Part shown: positions 49,281 through 61,660 of the stretch, one piece after another
Position numbering within the stretch: position 1 is the stretch's first letter
Layout: each line of letters opens with the position of its first letter
Assembly: GCA_951406725.2 (NCBI GenBank)
Contig: OX597822.1
Coordinates: 88,040,001-88,104,000, forward strand
DNA length: 64,000 bases
Origin: Octopus vulgaris
Taxonomy: Eukaryota
Reading direction: 5' to 3'
Made by a program: the position numbers and the translations under genes
Notes under the pieces: model-generated
Told to the model about the DNA's origin: nothing
The model's input: the letters and a program-made list of their open reading frames with translations, nothing else
Databases searched by the model: none

Positions 49281-50011
49281 GTAGGTATAAATATATCTGT
49301 CAATTCACCAAAGTATTGTTGCTTGATTTTCCCTAGTTTCACAGTGTATAAATTCTTTACTCACTTTGCTTATATTAAAAAATATACCATTCATAAAACA
49401 CAGAACTATTCTTTGTAGTACTATTGTGCTAATTTTGATTAAATTTCTAATGAAATATTATACAACTAGCATACCCATGTCATAAAAAATACCAACACTT
49501 TTATTAATGATAGAAAGTGGTGCATCAATACAATGAGGTAAACCATTGCTTACAAACACAAAATCGAAGCACTTGAAGAATCAGACACAGTTGTAACATC
49601 TTGGATGAAAATATCACCCACATAATGCATGTGTGTGTATATACACACACATATATATATGTATGTATACATATATATACACACGTGTGCGTATATATAT
49701 ATATATATATGATGATGATGATGATGATATATATGTATCACCGTGACTGACCAGGCTATCAGATGTTGCTAAACATCGCTGGTCACAATGCGCTTCACAT
49801 TGTTTTAGCCTTCAAATGACGCCACACCGCTGGCTAAGCGGGCAGGCCAACAGAAGAAAGAGTGACAGAAAGTTGTGGTGAAAGAGTACAGCAGGGATCA
49901 CCACCACCCCCTACCAGAGCTCAATAAACACTCACAACAGCCGGTCTGGGAATCGAAACCGCGATCCTACAACAGCGAGTCCGCTGTCCTAATCACTGGG
50001 CCATTGCGCCT

Positions 50012-50057
<46 letters not shown>

Positions 50058-50994
50058 TCCTTCTTTCCTGAGCGTCCTATAATACTAAATTTGTTCCACG
50101 TTCTCGCGTTGTTGTGTTTTTTTTGTGCTTTCTTGTTTGGATTAACTTTATATATATATATATATATAATTAATGTGTTTGAAAATGGAGTGATTTAATG
50201 GATATAAATTAATTTATTAATTATTTAACATTACCAACTTTTTTTATTCTAACGTGACTGATGAGTCACCAATTGCTGATAAGTTTTGTCTTTAATATGG
50301 TTTCGGTTTCAAATAGAAGATATCTCACCCGATTTACACTGTTAATCACATCTAGAAATACCCGAATGCTAAATAATCCAAAAAAAATTTTAATTCATTT
50401 ATTGTAAAACAGAAATTTCTTAGTTACTTATGTTCTATGTTGTGCCTAAAGTCATGATTCTTTTGAAAATATCAGTGGAACTAGTGCCACCCAAAATCTC
50501 TTCTACCCATGCCTACAAAATGTGTTAATAAATAAATAAATAAATGCGCCCTTTTAAAGCCTAGCCAAGCTCATGGGCCTAGTTTCTCGGTTTCAATGGC
50601 GTATGTGTTCCCCAGCTGGACGGGATGCCAGTCCATCGCAGCGTTACTCATTTTTGCCAGCTGAGTGGACTGAAACAACATGAAATGAAGTGTCTTGCTC
50701 AAGAACACAACGCATTGCCCGGTCCAGGAATTGAAACCACAACCTTACGATCATGATGCTGACACCCTAACCACTAAGCCATGACTCTCCACACAAAATC
50801 TGTTACTGTACCATAATGTAAACTTTCAATATTAATGTTGATCCCTCCTGTTGCTCTATCTTGACATAATTCTTCAGTATTAATATTGATCCTACTGTTG
50901 CTTTACTATGTATGTAAATCCTTCTGTATTAATTTTGATCCCTTCAGTCAGTGAAATAAATCTCCATTACACTTTCCATCTCTATTTTTCCCAG

Positions 50995-51087
50995 GAGAAA
51001 GTCAACAAGTTGCCATCAAAGAGATATAAAAACTATGATGATGAGATTGATGATCTGAACCAGAAAGCATTCTCATCTCTTTTCAGA
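50995..51087 (+). CDS. LanA: Laminin alpha exon 22 (coiled coil)
   Basis: tcccag/gtaaga; EKVNKLPSKRYKNYDDEIDDLNQKAFSSLFR; phase 0 to 0. Confidence 0.82.
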
Positions 51088-52632
51088 GTAAGACTTTCTG
51101 TTTTTTTGTTTGTTTGTTGTTGTTGTTGTTGTCAAACAACAAGACGGGTAAGGGTGATTAGGTGATGGTCTAGGGTTTAGGGATGGGAGACCCCAGGCCT
51201 TGGAAAAAAAAAAACTTTGGTCGTCTTGTTGTAGTCGAGGGCTCTTCGTTGGACGCCCGACACCACTGGGCGGTGGCCCTCGAAGTCGCTGGAAATGGGG
51301 ATCTCCAGGTCCAAATTCTTGAACTGCTGTTGTTGCTGCTGCTGCCATTGGCTGCATTGCTGTTGTTCTTTGTTGTTGTTTACCTCCAGGTCACCCTGAC
51401 TGAACAGACCTTTGATCAAAGCCATTCCAGCTATGGCCTTCTCATCATCTTTTCATATGTCATGGACTACATTAAGTAGTATATCCTTCTTTACTTATGA
51501 TAGTGGAGGTATGACTTGAAGAATATTTGGCTGCTTTTTCATGTAGGTGAAGTGACCACCCAGAGACTCACTCATTGTTACTTTTGGTACTCATGTTGAG
51601 CTTTGGGGTTATTGGTGTTGTCTAGCCCCAGGCCAGCACTGACTGAACTGATCAATGATCAAAGATATTCTGACCATGATCATCCAGTCATTTTGTTGAT
51701 ATAATGTGCATAAGATCACATCCTAAATGTGTTCTTTTATTCACTAGCAGAATATGATATGAGGGAGATTTGGTTGCTATCTTCTAGTAGGTCAAGCAAC
51801 ATGCTAGATGCTCTAGCAATTGCAATGCAGTAGAGATTCTAGCAACTGGACATTCAGCCATTGGCGACACATGAGGGCCTCTGGCAATTACATATCCAGA
51901 CATTAGCTATACACTGGGGGCTCTAGCAACTGCACATTCTACCATTAGCAGTGCATGGGGGTTCTTCTAGTAGCTGTACATTCAACTATGAGCAACACAT
52001 TTGGGGAATCACAGACAAGCCAGCAAGAGAGTCTCTGTGCAGTTGTTTGACCTGTTGGAAACAGCAGCCAAATTCTGTCATATCACACACTATCATCTGC
52101 TTTTACAGAAGTTCATTTTTGAAATAAGTCTTAGATATATGAAACTTACATCAGGATGGTCATGACCAAGCCACGCTTGATCTTGTTTACTCAACTGAGG
52201 CTAATATGTGGTTAAATACTGACAGCTTTCAGACAAACACAAAATACCAGCAAACACATGCACATGTGTACGTGCGCATGCACACACACACTCTGGTGGA
52301 CAACCTTGTTAGGACCCCTTCTAAACTGAAGCAATTCTGGGTTTGCCAAGAGTGCAACTGTTCTCTATTGACCAAGGTTATCATGGGTCTGTTTGTTGTA
52401 GTTCTTACATACACTGGCAGAGTAGATAGCTGTCTATTAAATTACTTGGTGGCCTTACTGGTGCCATGTAAAAAGCAGCCAATACACTTTGTAAAGTGGT
52501 TAGCATTCATTAAGAAGGGCATCCAGCCATAGAAACTATACCAAAGCAGACAGTAGAGCTTGGCACAGTCCTCTGGTTTGCCAGCTTCTGTCAAATCATC
52601 CAACTCATGCCAGTTTGGAAAAAAGACATTAA

Positions 52633-52666
<34 letters not shown>

Positions 52667-53249
52667 CGATGTCGATGACAATGATGATGGTGGTGGTGGT
52701 GCTGCTGCTGATTGTATACTGAAACATTAACTTTTCTACTCTAGGCACAAGGCCTGAAATTTTGGGGGAGGGGGGGCAGTCGATTAGATTGACCCCAGTA
52801 CACAACTGGTACCTAATTTATCGACCCTGAAAGGATGAAAGGCAAAGTCAACCTTGGTGTAATTTGAACTAAGAACAAAAAGACAGATGAAATACTGCTA
52901 AGCTTTTCACCCGGCGTGCTAATGTTTCTGCCAGCTCACCACCTTATGAAATATTATCCTGTATATACCACACAATAAAACATCACCGTTCAATGAAATA
53001 CATTGTGTAATGTAGTCCATAAGCTAAATGAATAATCACATATGCAATAAATACAGAGTATTCATTATTCACTACAAGTGACATGTCTCTGAAGAGGTTC
53101 ACTTCACCATTTCATGGTTTCATGTTTCATTCCATCATGTAGCACCTTAGACAAATGTCTTCTACCATAACCTCAGCTGATCTACACCAGGCATGAAGAG
53201 ACCCTTTTTGAGAAATGGGTTGCATGAAGCATGGCTCATCATCAGACCA

Positions 53250-53478
53250 TAACCCTTTAGCATTTAAACCGGCCATATCCGGCCAAAAGTATTCTGCCTG
53301 TTTTATGTTCAAACTGGCCAGATCTGGTCTCTCACACCAACCCTACAATATCATTTTAAAAATTAACAGCTACCTCATCAAAATCTCATAGCTACAAGAT
53401 AATGCACAATTAGTTCAAAACAATGTGGAAAAAAAAGCATCAATTTTGGCAGAATAATGCAAACACTAAAGGGTTAAA
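53250..53478. mobile_element. piggyBac-like MITE (CCC...GGG ends, TTAA site)
   Basis: ccctttag...ctaaaggg ttaa; related copies near 55391-55610, 59802-60025, 62930-63140; similar termini at 21532-21759 and 55109-55333. Confidence 0.7.
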
Positions 53479-53775
53479 TGTCTTCAGCAGAGTCCACACC
53501 TTTGCAAGCATTCAGATCGGTTCTCTGGTCTGAGGTTCTGTAAATGGGTATAAGAACTTCTGTCCTTCTTCCTCTGATTAGTACATGGAAAGTAAAATTA
53601 AAAGATCATATTCCCTTGGTTGCTTTTATGCCAGAAGATCTGTTCAGAAACAACAAGAGTAAATATGCTGCCTATGACATCGATTACTACTTTTGCTATC
53701 ATTGCAATTGTAAATAACAATTATAATATTTCACGTGTTACTTTCTTAACAGAATTTTCTCTCATTTTGTTCCAG

Positions 53776-53881
53776 GCTAAAAGACTAAATGGTTCTGTTA
53801 CCAGTTTATTTGAAGACGGGAAAAAATTGAAGAAGTTGGCCAAATTACCAGAAATGAAAGGTTTAATGACTGACATCATTA
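53776..53881 (+). CDS. LanA: Laminin alpha exon 23 (coiled coil)
   Basis: ttccag/gtaagt; AKRLNGSVTSLFEDGKKLKKLAKLPEMKGLMTDII; phase 0 to 1. Confidence 0.83.
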
Positions 53882-54410
53882 GTAAGTATTAATTGGTAAT
53901 AAAATATTACTATACTTAATCATATATTAACAAGCACTGGCATAGATGTGTGTTTAAGAAGTTAGCTTCTCAATTACATGGTTTCAGATTTAGCTCTACT
54001 GCATAGCTCCTTGGGCACATGTCTTCTGCTATAGCCCCAGGGGGGACAATGTTTTGTAAGTGTATCCTGTAGATGGAAACTGAAAGAAGCCTGTGTGTTT
54101 CTATCTCCTTCTCTTGACATCATGTGATAGTTGTAAATGAATGTCTCAAGCAGTGAAATTAATTTCTAATATTCTGTGAAAACATGAAAATGTCTTTTTA
54201 ACAAAAAACAAAAGACGGTGCTAGTACCACATAAAAAGCATTCACACTACTCTTTAGAGTGGTTGGTATTAGGAAGGGCATCCAGCTGTAGAAACCATGC
54301 CAAAGTAGACAGTGGCCTACCAACTCCTGTAAAACTATCCAACCCATGCCTGCATGGAAGACAGATGTTAAATGATGATGATAATGATGTCTGGCCATAG
54401 GGAAATATTA

Positions 54411-54576
54411 GGGAGAGTTTACGAAAAAAACAAAAGACAAAGGCAGGTGGTGTATAAAACAAAAAGAATAGAAAAAGTCTTTTATGTTTCGAGCCTACGC
54501 TCTTCTACAGAAAGGGACACAGAAAAAAACAAGAAGAGAAAAAAAATGTTTAGTGGCTAACGATCTATCATGGCGA
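54411..54576 (-). mobile_element. Short Penelope-like insertion with 15-bp TSD
   Basis: catagggaaatatta at 54396-54410 and 54577-54591; degenerate hammerhead-like motif at 54479-54514. Confidence 0.7.
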
Positions 54577-57035
54577 CATAGGGAAATATTACCTTGTTTA
54601 GAAAAAGGTGAAGAGTGGTGACAGGAAAGGACTCCAGCCGTAGAAAATCTCCTTCAATAAACTCTGTCCAACCTATGGATAAGTGAATGTTAAAATGATA
54701 ATGAGGATGAAATGTACAATTATAGTTGGACACATGAATTAATATCGGGCTAGGAGCATTAGTGAAGAGTACAACCAGTTTTAGATAAACTAAAAGCCTG
54801 GAGTGCTGTCAGACAGGCTTGTCTGAGATGCAAGTAGAGCAGTAGGACTATTTTGCATGTTCATGTTCAGTGTCTGATCATTACTGAGATATAGATTTAT
54901 TTCAAACAGCTGTGTGTAGGGTGGGTCTAACCAGTGGCCAAGCCTATCATAAAGATTACTCCACTGCCCTTTAACAAAAGAAAACAAAAAAAACTGGCAA
55001 GTAGTTTTCCTTTGACTGCTGACTATAGAGAAAGAGGTTGTGTGGTTAATGAGGCTAAGAGGACTGAAGACACACTTTTCTCTTTGGTCAATCCCTCACT
55101 GACTTTTTTCCCTTTCGTTACCAACCCAGCTGAAACCGGTTCTGGCTCTGAGTACAAATGTCTTGTTTTCATAAGTTCTGAATTAAAATCTTCCACTAAA
55201 CCTTAGTCACAATTTATGTTCCTAACACTAGTTGAATGATAACTAAGATATTTTACTAAATTCTTTGTTTTATTTAAATTAATTGAAAGAGACATACAAC
55301 ATCTCAAAATAAATACGGTAACAAAAGGGTTAGTTCCATTTAGAAAGAAAGGAAGTTGAGAGTGAAGAAGGAGCAATAAAGTATTTAACTTAGCCCTTTA
55401 GCATTCAGATTACTCTATCAAATCTAATTCTTATATGTTCACATTGTTTTAAATTAATCATGTATTGTCTCATAGATTTCAAAGATGTAATTGCTTGTTT
55501 TTAGAATAACATTGTAGGGTAGATGTAAGAGACTGGATTTGGTTGCTTTGAACATAAAACAGATAGTATATATGGGCTGGATATGACTGGTTTGAATGCT
55601 AAAGGGTTAATTGACCAATGAATTGATTTGGGAGCTGGGAGTATTAGTGAGGAACACTACCAGTTTTAGGGAAACTATACAGGCACAGAGTATCAAGATG
55701 GGCCTGTCTGAACATTACTAAGTTATGAAGTTAATGTCTGATGGCTGATGTTGAATGTAACGTGGATCCAGCCATTGCTCTACTGCCTTCCTTTAATCAA
55801 ATGAGTTGGCAGTATTCTTTTGTCTGGTGGCCGTAGGGGAAAAGGTGTGATGCATGAGGCTGAGAGGAGTGAAGACATACTTTCCTCTTCAGTCAGGTTC
55901 TCTATAACTTTTTTTTAAAGTTTCATTTAGAAAGGAAGATGAAAGTGAAGAGAGAGTTACTCTATCATGGTGACATAGGGAAATATTACCTTGTTTAGAA
56001 AAAGGTGAAGAGTGATGACAGGAAAGGATTCCAGCCTTAGAAAATCTCCTTCAATAAACTATGTCCAACCTATGGATAAGTGAATGTTAAAATGATAATG
56101 AGGATGAAATGTTACTCTCTTCCAGTAATTTTTTTTTTTTCATAAGTGGGTGTCAGAGGTGAAATTGGCAAGAGAATGACTGTTTTTAGAAAGCAGCTGT
56201 AAGTTGGAGAACAACTGTTCAGAAAGGGAACTTGCTTTTGCTAGTCAGGAGAACCTAGATCTATAGAGTTCCTATATACCTTTAGTTGGAGTTCCCTAAT
56301 ATTAAAAAGACTTTATTATCACCCAAAATTATTTTTTATATCTCATTCAATTTTTTCCTCACCTCATAAGATTTCTACATAAACCTGAAATTTTTTGTAA
56401 CCTGCAATAAAAAATATTCACTTTTGACTACCTCAGTCAATACTGTATTTGTTTTTATCCATTTCTTCTCTGTTCACCCTTTTTAGGTACTGGCCATGTA
56501 AGAGTTTTCCTTACCATAACATAATAACAATTTTCATCTTTTTTTCTTTTTTAGATTTTTAATCATTTCTGTTGTTTTTTTTTCTTCCTCCTCCTTACAA
56601 CTGTCCTTTACATTTTCAACATAGATTTTGTTCATATTTTGTAACTGTGATTCAATGTTTCCTGAGTTCATATTCCACTAGGGTTGGCTTTGCTTTTCAT
56701 CCTTTCGGAGCTAGTGAAAGAAGAACTAGTTGAACACTGAGGTTGCTATAATCAACTAACCTTCTACTTCTTGTTATTGAAGTACAATAACTCTTACAAT
56801 TATTGTGCTGAAGTACAATAAGTACAGTTACTGAAGTGATAGACTGGCTTCAACTGAAGTTGACTTGGGATTTAAAATTTTGGTGAAGAACTTGGACTCA
56901 AAGACTGTTTCTCAGTGGAGCAATTCCATTCGTTATATTAGAGTGTGTGTGTGTCTGAAGATTAAATATGCATCCATGTAGCTCTACTAAAACTTAATGA
57001 ATTTTTTATTCCAACCCCTCCTCTTATGTTTTCAG

Positions 57036-57194
57036 ACATGATCAACTATATCAAACAGATCAATATAGGTAAAAAACAAGAAACACTGGAAGAGCTGTTG
57101 GATAAAGCTCATGAACTTAAGACGGCAATTAATAACAGAAACTTTATAAAACCTCGGCAAAAATCTGAAAAGGAGTTGGATGAAGCTAACGAAA
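57036..57194 (+). CDS. LanA: Laminin alpha exon 24 (coiled coil)
   Basis: tttcag/gtaaaa; MINYIKQINIGKKQETLEELLDKAHELKTAINNRNFIKPRQKSEKELDEANE; phase 1 to 1. Confidence 0.86.
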
Positions 57195-57237
57195 GTAAAA
57201 ATGATTTATACTCTATTTTAAGTTTATTAGATGCATG

Positions 57238-57248
57238 CACACACGCGC

Positions 57249-57283
<35 letters not shown>

Positions 57284-57750
57284 AATACACACTTGTACAC
57301 ACATATACATACACATTAAGACACACTCACGCAGACACCCATAGACATATATACACACTTGCACATACTCACACACACACACACACACATCCATATTTAC
57401 ATACACATGGAAACACACACATTCACTAAATATTCACACTCTCACACATATAAACACATCACATACACTCCACATACACATATGTACACACACATGCACT
57501 CAAATACACACTCATACACACTCTCATACATTCACACACACATGTGTACAAACATATATAAACCCACATTCATTCACACTCACATGGCAGAAATACACAC
57601 TCAGACTCACGTGCACACTAATACATACTCATATTCAATCTCACACACACACACACACCACATACATGTACACATACACACTCTCACACATGCACAAACA
57701 CACTCTCTCTCCTTCTCTCCCCCCCTCTTTCTCTCATACATACATGCACA
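57238..57750. repeat. Long degenerate (CA)n tract
   Basis: About 500 bp of CA/TA dinucleotide periodicity after exon 24. Confidence 0.85.
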
Positions 57751-57771
57751 TAAACTGAATTTATTTGTTTA

Positions 57772-58280
57772 CTAGCTTAAGGTAACCCACTCTACGCACG
57801 GGTAAGGTTATGGGTGTTACTTTCTGTTCCTTCCTTTCTGTTTCTTATCGCCACATTCTCTTGTTTCTCTCTCCTTTCTCACTTTCCCAATCTCTTACTC
57901 TTCCTTTATCTCGGATGCTCCCTCACTTTCTCTTACTTTTTATCTTTCTCTATCTATCTCTCTCCCATTTATAAATAATTAGATTTCCGCGTTTAAATTA
58001 CAAATCTGCTTCCACTTTACCATGTTTAAAATTTGATTGAAATCGGGCAAAAGGTGTCCGATCTAGACCCCCAAGTGTCCCCCCCTCCAAAATCAATAAA
58101 ATCCCAGTTTTCACACCAAAGCAACCACTGTAGCGCCCCAAAACATCTCGCAATCAATTTCCCACCTCAAGTTATGCCCTCCTGTAAATTTTAATCTCCT
58201 TTAAGCCCCATTTAGACCCCTTTTTTACATAAAAATCCAATTTATATCAATGTTCGCCTTCTTCATTTTATAGATTAGAC
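57772..58280 (-). mobile_element. Helitron-like element
   Basis: a-ctag end with adjacent hairpin accc...gggt; opposite end ttttatagattaga resembles the other Helitron-like 5' ends. Confidence 0.45.
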
Positions 58281-58511
58281 AGATATATCAGGCCTTGCTC
58301 GGAATTAAAATAGTTTATTATCATTTTACTTGTTTCGCATTATAACCCGATTTCATTTGGGTGTATGTGGGCCCACATTTTAAAAGATGAGGAATTTTGC
58401 CCTAGAGGTGATGCCTTTCAATTAAGCAAACTTAATGTTGCCTTGCAAACTCACTAGCACTTTTAACATAGGTGTGCATATTTTCAGCTGAATCTGATCA
58501 CATATGCACAC

Positions 58512-58548
<37 letters not shown>

Positions 58549-58748
58549 GCATTAAATATGTATATATATATATATGCATTTTGTATACATGTTTACACAT
58601 ATATATATATATCTACACACACATATATATATATCTACACACATATATACAAATATATACACTTATATATATATATATATATATCAATTTACTATCAATT
58701 TAACACCAAGTGGCTTAGCACATAAAAACCAGGGATACAAAATAAATT

Positions 58749-58862
58749 TATACATAAATATGAGAGAGTAACCACTATGTGGTTGACTCTAGTGCTAAAA
58801 ATAGATCTATTTTTAGCACTAGAGTTGACCACATAGTGGTTACTCTCTCATATTTATGTATA
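58749..58862. repeat. 114-bp spacer-less palindrome
   Basis: Centred on agatct (58803-58808); 2 mismatches. Confidence 0.92.
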
Positions 58863-59376
58863 TATATATACACATTATATATATATTTATATACACACAT
58901 ATTTTGTTTATAACATCAAAGTTGTGCTACAGCTTGTTCAGTGAATAGAGAAACTAGTGAAGTCGAAAATAACATTCTCTAATAGCAGAATGCATAAAAG
59001 CAATAAATAAATAAATAGAAATAATATTAGTCTAATGAACGGATGCTGTGTCATTCATCCATTTCTGTGTAGGCCTTATTAGTTTCCTTATCTTTACTTC
59101 ATTTATACATCTCTTTTATACATCGATTTCCTTTTGTCTATCCCTCAACCTATTGTCCTTGTTTCTAACCCTCTCTGTCATCCATTTACATTGTATATTC
59201 TATACAACAGAAATACATCTTTTGTTTTTGGTTTGTTTCTGTATCTAATTAAAGACAGTTGACTGTACATTTTTTTCTTATATCTTAAGAGGGTCATTAC
59301 ACCAATGATAAACACATGGAATTGTCCAATTTCACTTCTTTATTATTAGTCAGTTGGTTAATTATTTAACTAACTA

Positions 59377-59780
59377 GGCGCAGGAGTGGCTGTGTGATAA
59401 GTAGCTTGCTAACCAACCACATGGTTCCGGGTTCAGTCCCACAGCGTGGCATCTTGGGCAAGTGTCTTCTGCTATAGCCTCGGGCCGACCAAAGCCTTGT
59501 GAGTGGATTTGGTAGACAGAAACTGAAAGAAGCCTGTCGTATATATGTATATATATATGTATGTGTGTGTATATGTTTGTGTGTCTGTGTTTGTCCCTCT
59601 AGCATTGCTTGACAACTGATGCTGGTTTGTTTACATCCCCGTCACTTAGCGGTTCGGCAAAAAGATACCGATAGAATAAGTACTGGGCTTACAAAGAATA
59701 AGTCCCGGGGTCGATTTGCTCGACTAAAGGCGGTGCTCCAGCATGGCTGCAGTCAAATGACTGAAACAAGTAAAAGAGTA
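59377..59780 (+). mobile_element. Intact tRNA-derived SINE (family A)
   Basis: ggcgcaggagtggctgtgtg head with A-box-like and ggttcagtccc B-box-like motifs, internal TA/TG tract and tail; at least 8 related copies in the window. Confidence 0.82.
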
Positions 59781-60373
59781 AATAAATAATTGATTACTCA
59801 CTTAACTCTTTAGCATTCAGATTACTCTATCAAATGTAAGGCTTATTTATTTACATTGTTTTGAATTTATCCTCATTATCTTGTGGCCTTGAGATTTCGA
59901 TTATGTGGCTGTATATTTTTTAGGCTAACATTGTAGGGTAGATGTAAGAGGTTGGATCTAGCCAGTTTGAGCACAAAACAGACCATTTTGGCCAGATACG
60001 GCCAGTTTAAATGCTAAAGGGTTAATTGGTTGGTTAATCTCAGCAGACCTGGAGGAGAGCGGGCATGTCATTTATGAGGTTATGAATGGTGATCAAAGGA
60101 CTTTGGCAAACAACTGATTGATTGATTAACCAACTGATTAAGAAATCAGTTAGTTAGGTTTTTAAATAACTAACCAATTGACTAATAATAAAAATAAATG
60201 AAATGGAACCTGTGCATGTGTTTACTATTAATATAATCACCATCCCAAGGTACCACAAAATTTGTTTCAACTCACAAGTTCACATCAAGAATCTTGCAGA
60301 CCAAAGGCAAAAGTGTAATAGACTTTATATTTTGTTTATGTTTTAATTGATTTTCTTGAAATTTCCCTTGTAG

Positions 60374-60561
60374 CTATGCGCAAAGTCAATCGACTAAAGC
60401 AGCCAGTTATTAATGAGCAAAAGAAACTCAATAGAACAAAAGAAAAAATTAATGATATGGAAAAGAGACTGATGGCAATTGCTAAAGATATCAAGGATAG
60501 TAAAGTTAATTCTGTTACTGCTTTGAGAATGCTAAAGGCCATAGAACACAGCAAAGAGTTG
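60374..60561 (+). CDS. LanA: Laminin alpha exon 25 (coiled coil)
   Basis: ttgtag/gtaagt; MRKVNRLKQPVINEQKKLNRTKEKINDMEKRL...HSKEL; phase 1 to 0. Confidence 0.87.
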
Positions 60562-60789
60562 GTAAGTTTTAATGTATCACATTACTCTGTTATATTGCTG
60601 TATATAGACACAGACATGACTGTGAGATTAAGAAGTTAACTTTGCAACCATGTCATTTTGGGGTTCAGTCCCACTAAGTGGCACCTTAAGCAAGTGTCTT
60701 CTACTGTGACCCTTGTAAGCAATTGCATTCTACTGTAAGCCTTGTAATGAATTTGATAGATGGAAAATGTGTGAAAGCTTCCTATGTAT

Positions 60790-61660
60790 GTATTATCTTC
60801 ATCATTATCCTTTAACATCTGTTTTCCATGCTGCATGGGTTGGACGATTTTACCAGAGCTGACAGGCTGGAGAGTTGCACCAGGTTCCATCTGATTTGGC
60901 TTGGTTTCTATGGCTGGATGTCCTTCTTAACACCAACCACTTTGCAGTGTGTGCTGGGTGCTTTCAATGTGGGACTGGCATGAGTGTTTTTATGTGGCAC
61001 CAGCATGGGTGCTTTTCACATGGCATCAGCACAGAACTCTTGAAGGCCAGTCCCCTTCATCAGGAGGAGTGACCTTAACACTTCTGCCATGGAGAAAGGG
61101 TATCTCAGTCCATTATCATCTTGTCCAAAAGGTTCAGATTCCTGAGGTTGTCTATTAATACTTTGACCCATGTCTTCTTGGGTCTCTTTCTTCCATGAGT
61201 TCTATCCACTTTGAGATATCAGTATTTCTTTATGGAGCTGTTGACATCCATCCGTTTCACATGACCAAACTAGTGCAGTCTTTTCTCTGGCACACTGCAT
61301 CTTATTCCTCTTATGCCTAAATTTTCACTTAATACACTAGCACTTTGTCATATATGTACACTTACATTAAACATAGCAGAGTATACTAGCCTCATTCCTC
61401 TCTAACATTTGCATGCTCTCTGCATTCAGGGGCCACATCTCATCATGATGTAAAGTTGCTGTTTTTATACTTGCATCATACAATCTTCCTTTCACTTGGA
61501 GAGAGAAATCTTTGGTTGTCAACAAGAGTAAAAACTCTCTGAATTTTCTCCATCCTATTCTTCTAGCTATTACACTCTCCATAGATCCTCTCCCATCACT
61601 TACTTGGTCCCCTAAGTAGCAGATATCATCAACTACTTCAAAAGAGCCCCCACAGCATTT
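60790..61660 (-). mobile_element. Degenerate RTE LINE 3' portion
   Basis: YLGDQV...ARRIGWRKFRE...KGRLYDA...LERNEAS motifs plus the shared 3' repeat. Confidence 0.7.

Noticed and set aside
50254-50285. CTGATGAG as another hammerhead core
   Set aside because: No downstream GAAA, stem III or cleavage triplet; it is only a small gtgac/gtcac hairpin.
59377-59450. tRNA gene
   Set aside because: A/B-box-like motifs belong to a SINE head repeated many times in the window; no complete cloverleaf is evident.
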